From Gekko japonicus (lineage: Eukaryota), in assembly GCF_001447785.1 (NCBI RefSeq), contig NW_015172563.1:862150-926149 (forward strand): 64,000 nt of DNA, in the 5' to 3' direction. This document shows, one piece after another, positions 62,065 to 64,000 of the stretch (its first letter is position 1; each line of letters opens with the position of its first letter). The translations under genes were made by a program, and so were the position numbers. The notes beneath the pieces are model-generated. The model was not told the origin of the DNA. It was given only the letters and a program-made list of their open reading frames with translations, and did no database searches.

Positions 62065-62144
62065 AACAATGTGGGACACATTCAAAGTACATGAGAGCTG
62101 TTTATCCAACCAAAACCTTCACCAACCACTACACAATAGTTACT
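62065..62144 (+). CDS. ENPP3: ENPP3 exon 7 ([27 protein letters not shown]; catalytic Thr), 80 nt; gene continues beyond the right edge
   Basis: PTKTFxNHYTIVT active-site motif; AG acceptor, GTAAGT donor. Confidence 0.96.
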
Positions 62145-62856
62145 GTAAGTAGCTTCCTCTCCTCATCATTATATGTATTATGACTGTTTCTGCCACCCAT
62201 CATTTCCTCCACTTTCTCCGTGCTTCTTTGTCGCCTTTTATGTTTCGTTCTGCATATCCTCCCTCTTTCACCTCACATGTCCATCAGCTTTTGTTGTTAC
62301 TTCTGCATTCATTTCACCCATTCAGCTTTCAGTTCGCTGTATCCTCGGCTTTTCCTGATCCATTTTTGCAATGGACTTTTCTCTTGCTCTGCTTTAAAAT
62401 CAAGGGTATTTCTGATGCAGACATTATTTCACAGGTACTGCATCACTGCCCAGTTCCCACCCCTTTTCATTCTCTCCCACCACAAGGACATATTTTCTTG
62501 GATTTTGCAAACAACCCCCATTCTCCACCCCGTTTCCGCCCTTCCTTTTTGGTCCACACAACTGCCACCTTTGAGGTTTATTGTTCCTCCCATTCTGCAG
62601 TTTCCTCTGTCCTACTTTCCTACCTGCTTCTGTTCCACCACTGTGAGTGTTCCCCATAATTTCCATTTAATTTTGTTGAAAATAAGCCCTTTAAGTCTAG
62701 TGATAAAATATATTGATCGCTAATCTTTTGGTTCAGTTGTTAAAGAAACAAGAAACCATTTGAGAGCTTGGTAAAAAGTGATGGTTTTCTCCCTCTCCCT
62801 TGTGCATTCTTTTGCACTCACCCTGCAGCCGGCTGTTCAATTACTCAGCTGTGACA

Positions 62857-63168
62857 GGGGGAGGTCTAGTGCTGGAGGGGGTGGAAAGTCAGGAAACCAA
62901 GACCAGGAGCAGACGCAGCAAGGACAGCTGATGATGTTAAGCTAAGGGGCAGTTCCCCAGAGGTGAGGAAGTTGAGGATCCATGGGTCTAAAGTGCCAAA
63001 GTGGGAAGGGCTAGCGCTGGATGGGTGTGGAAAGTCCGGAAACCAAGACCAGGACAGACCCAGCAATGACAACTGATGTTGTTAAGCCAGAAAGGGGGGT
63101 CCCCAGAGGTGAAGAAGTCAAGGATCCATGGGTCTAAAGGGCCAAAGGGGGGGGGGAAGGTCTAGTGC
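62857..63168. repeat. Diverged tandem repeat, ~145-150 bp unit, just over 2 copies
   Basis: CTAG(T/C)GC anchors at 62866, 63011, 63162; shared GGAAACCAAGACCAGGA and GGATCCATGGGTCTAAAG. Confidence 0.9.
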
Positions 63169-64000
63169 AGCTGCAGTAGGAGAATTCTATTTTTTTTTTA
63201 AAAAAAAAACATCTTTGGATGCCATCCCCACACATCACAAGTAAAGTGCCAACCCCAATTAAGCAAAAAATGTGGGTTTTGGATGTAGATGCAGAATGCT
63301 TACACAGAATACACAATAAACAAACTGGAGAAGGGGGAAATGGTGCAGAGGGCACCAACGCAAATCTGAAGTCAGGCTTTAAGGCTTGACAGCTCAGATT
63401 CCCCAAAGTTAAGTGTCAGTGCAGAAAGGGCCTATGACTACTGTTGCTATTATTTGGAATACAATGTGCTTTATTATCTCCCTACATTTAGACCTGATCT
63501 GCAGACTTCCCAGGAATGTCCCAATCTCCAAGTGTTTAAATGAGCACTCAGATCTGTTTGTGTATGTGTGTGTGTGGCTTCCCCATTCACACCAATATAA
63601 AAGTTCGATTTGCTTGTGCACACCAGGTCCATTTGTTGAAACAAATTAGAGTGTTCTTGAGTGCAGGTGGGAACTGGTAGTGATATGCTTATGAAAGTTT
63701 CTCTGCAGTACAAATTTTACAGATCCATACATCATTGGAGTCTGCAAGTAGTTTTGATATGGCTGGACTGACAATGCAACAACATATCAATATGTAGAAG
63801 CCTAAAAAAGGTGTCCATATTAGGTAGGTTGTCTTCTCAAAGGCAGTTGCTAAATTTTTACTGACTGTTAGTGATATTTACATACTTGGATAGCATGGGT
63901 TGATTAAGAGAAAGAGACTCTTGCCTATTCTTTTCTGTAACTTTGTACTGGCTGGAGTCTCAGAAACTATTTTCTTTCCAGAGAGTTTAAGGGACCTTGA

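Noticed and set aside
62180-62723. 159-167-aa ORFs downstream of ENPP3 exon 7
   Set aside because: Pyrimidine-rich low-complexity intron sequence with no recognisable domain; not ENPP3 exon 8

Overview
Eukaryotic (squamate reptile, most likely gecko) genomic DNA from a gapped assembly (N runs at 1391-1579, 33952-34498, 58508-58884). It contains the 5' halves of two divergently transcribed genes. MED23 (Mediator subunit 23) has coding exons 1-10 on the minus strand (19497 down to 2058). ENPP3 (ectonucleotide pyrophosphatase/phosphodiesterase 3, the gene co-opted as snake-venom phosphodiesterase) has coding exons 1-7 on the plus strand (29717-62144). All 17 exons were delimited by hand with GT-AG sites and consistent phase. 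Introns and the ~10 kb intergenic region are dense with transposable elements: a full-length decayed Gypsy/Mag-like LTR retrotransposon nested in an L2 LINE, three solo LTRs, a near full-length RTE-BovB, L1/L2/CR1 fragments, tRNA-derived (Squam2/Squam3-like) and 5S-derived SINEs, many hAT and Harbinger MITEs with intact TSDs, and Penelope-derived inverted repeats carrying hammerhead-ribozyme cores. Best leads: (1) a candidate alternative first exon in ENPP3 intron 1, beside a solo LTR, that would give a short svPDE-like, possibly secreted N-terminus; (2) minimal hammerhead motifs; (3) a small acidic/basic ORF inside a solo LTR; (4) a CpG-rich ETS-CRE palindromic MITE upstream of ENPP3. All family and orthology calls come from recalled sequences; no database search was run.
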